A program made the position numbers and the translations under genes. DNA of 33,598 nt, from assembly GCA_017615095.1 (NCBI GenBank), contig JAGAAT010000020.1:1-33598 (forward strand), given 5' to 3'. Positions 33,325 through 33,598 of this stretch are shown here, one piece after another. The first letter of the stretch is position 1. Each line of letters begins with the position of its first letter. Below the pieces are notes generated by a model. That model made no database searches and was not told where the DNA came from. It was given only the letters and a program-made list of their open reading frames with translations. Source of the DNA: a bacterium (lineage in GTDB: Bacteria; UBP6; UBA1177).

Positions 33325-33598
33325 TTATTTTTGGGGATATTCCCTGCTTTTTTCTTCAAGAAGTTTGAAATCACAGCAAAAATTCACGATTTTCCCTGTA
33401 GTGATCTGTCTGTCGTAAAGTTCATTCGCTTTTTGGATTATGAGAGGCAGAATTTTGAGGCAGAAGGCAAATTCTTTGTTCATCAGGTTCTTGTAATTTT
33501 TTGTTTCGACAGAATCCTGCGGATTGGTTGTCAAATCAACTCTTGTGTATAAGCCTTCTTTTATCGGGATCATTTTCTTCAAATCGATTACTGAAAAA
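33325..33598 (-). CDS. Hypothetical protein, possibly 5'-truncated by the window end
   Basis: The reading frame stays open to the window edge and the track start is a TTG at 33582. The region is A/T-rich. I recognised no motif. Confidence 0.35.
   Translation of the reverse strand, partial: FSVIDLKKMIPIKEGLYTRVDLTTNPQDSVETKNYKNLMNKEFAFCLKILPLIIQKANELYDRQITTGKIVNFCCDFKLLEEKSREYPQK

Overview
This is a gene-dense bacterial chromosomal window with about 25 protein-coding genes. I found no rRNA, tRNA, CRISPR array, transposase or integrase. All calls rest on motif reading of the supplied translations and manual translation; no homology search was run.

The centre (13.2-23.8 kb and 25.4-28.2 kb) is housekeeping. 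It holds dCMP deaminase, an SPL-like radical-SAM protein, a PPi-type phosphofructokinase, ftsY, an OPT transporter, mutS2, Xaa-Pro aminopeptidase, nifS-nifU and a SpoIID-domain protein. Further right are a GT51 transglycosylase and a HAD phosphatase.

The accessory-looking part is a set of secreted, lipobox-bearing proteins. Each has a long acidic D/S/G/T-rich linker and a different C-terminal head (DUF1566-like, MopE-like, LamG-like, or Myxococcus-type Cys repeats). Three of them share a conserved N-terminal 4-Cys module.

Other noteworthy items:
- a 33-bp tandem repeat array abutting the predicted -35 box of a DUF4143 AAA ATPase gene
- a 946-aa secreted HExxH + PD40 + beta-barrel-like protein whose longest ORF overlaps that ATPase gene by ATGA
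- an internally duplicated 636-aa secreted protein with a C-terminal TM hairpin
- a mosaic protein of roughly 13% Cys
- in-frame tandem repeats inside ftsY and inside one lipoprotein

Strong Shine-Dalgarno sites and sigma70-like promoters are visible. Gene content suggests a Fibrobacterota/Spirochaetota-like or similar anaerobe, but taxonomy is uncertain. No recognisable defence, secretion-machine or mobile system is present, so the candidate novel content is hypothesis-level.
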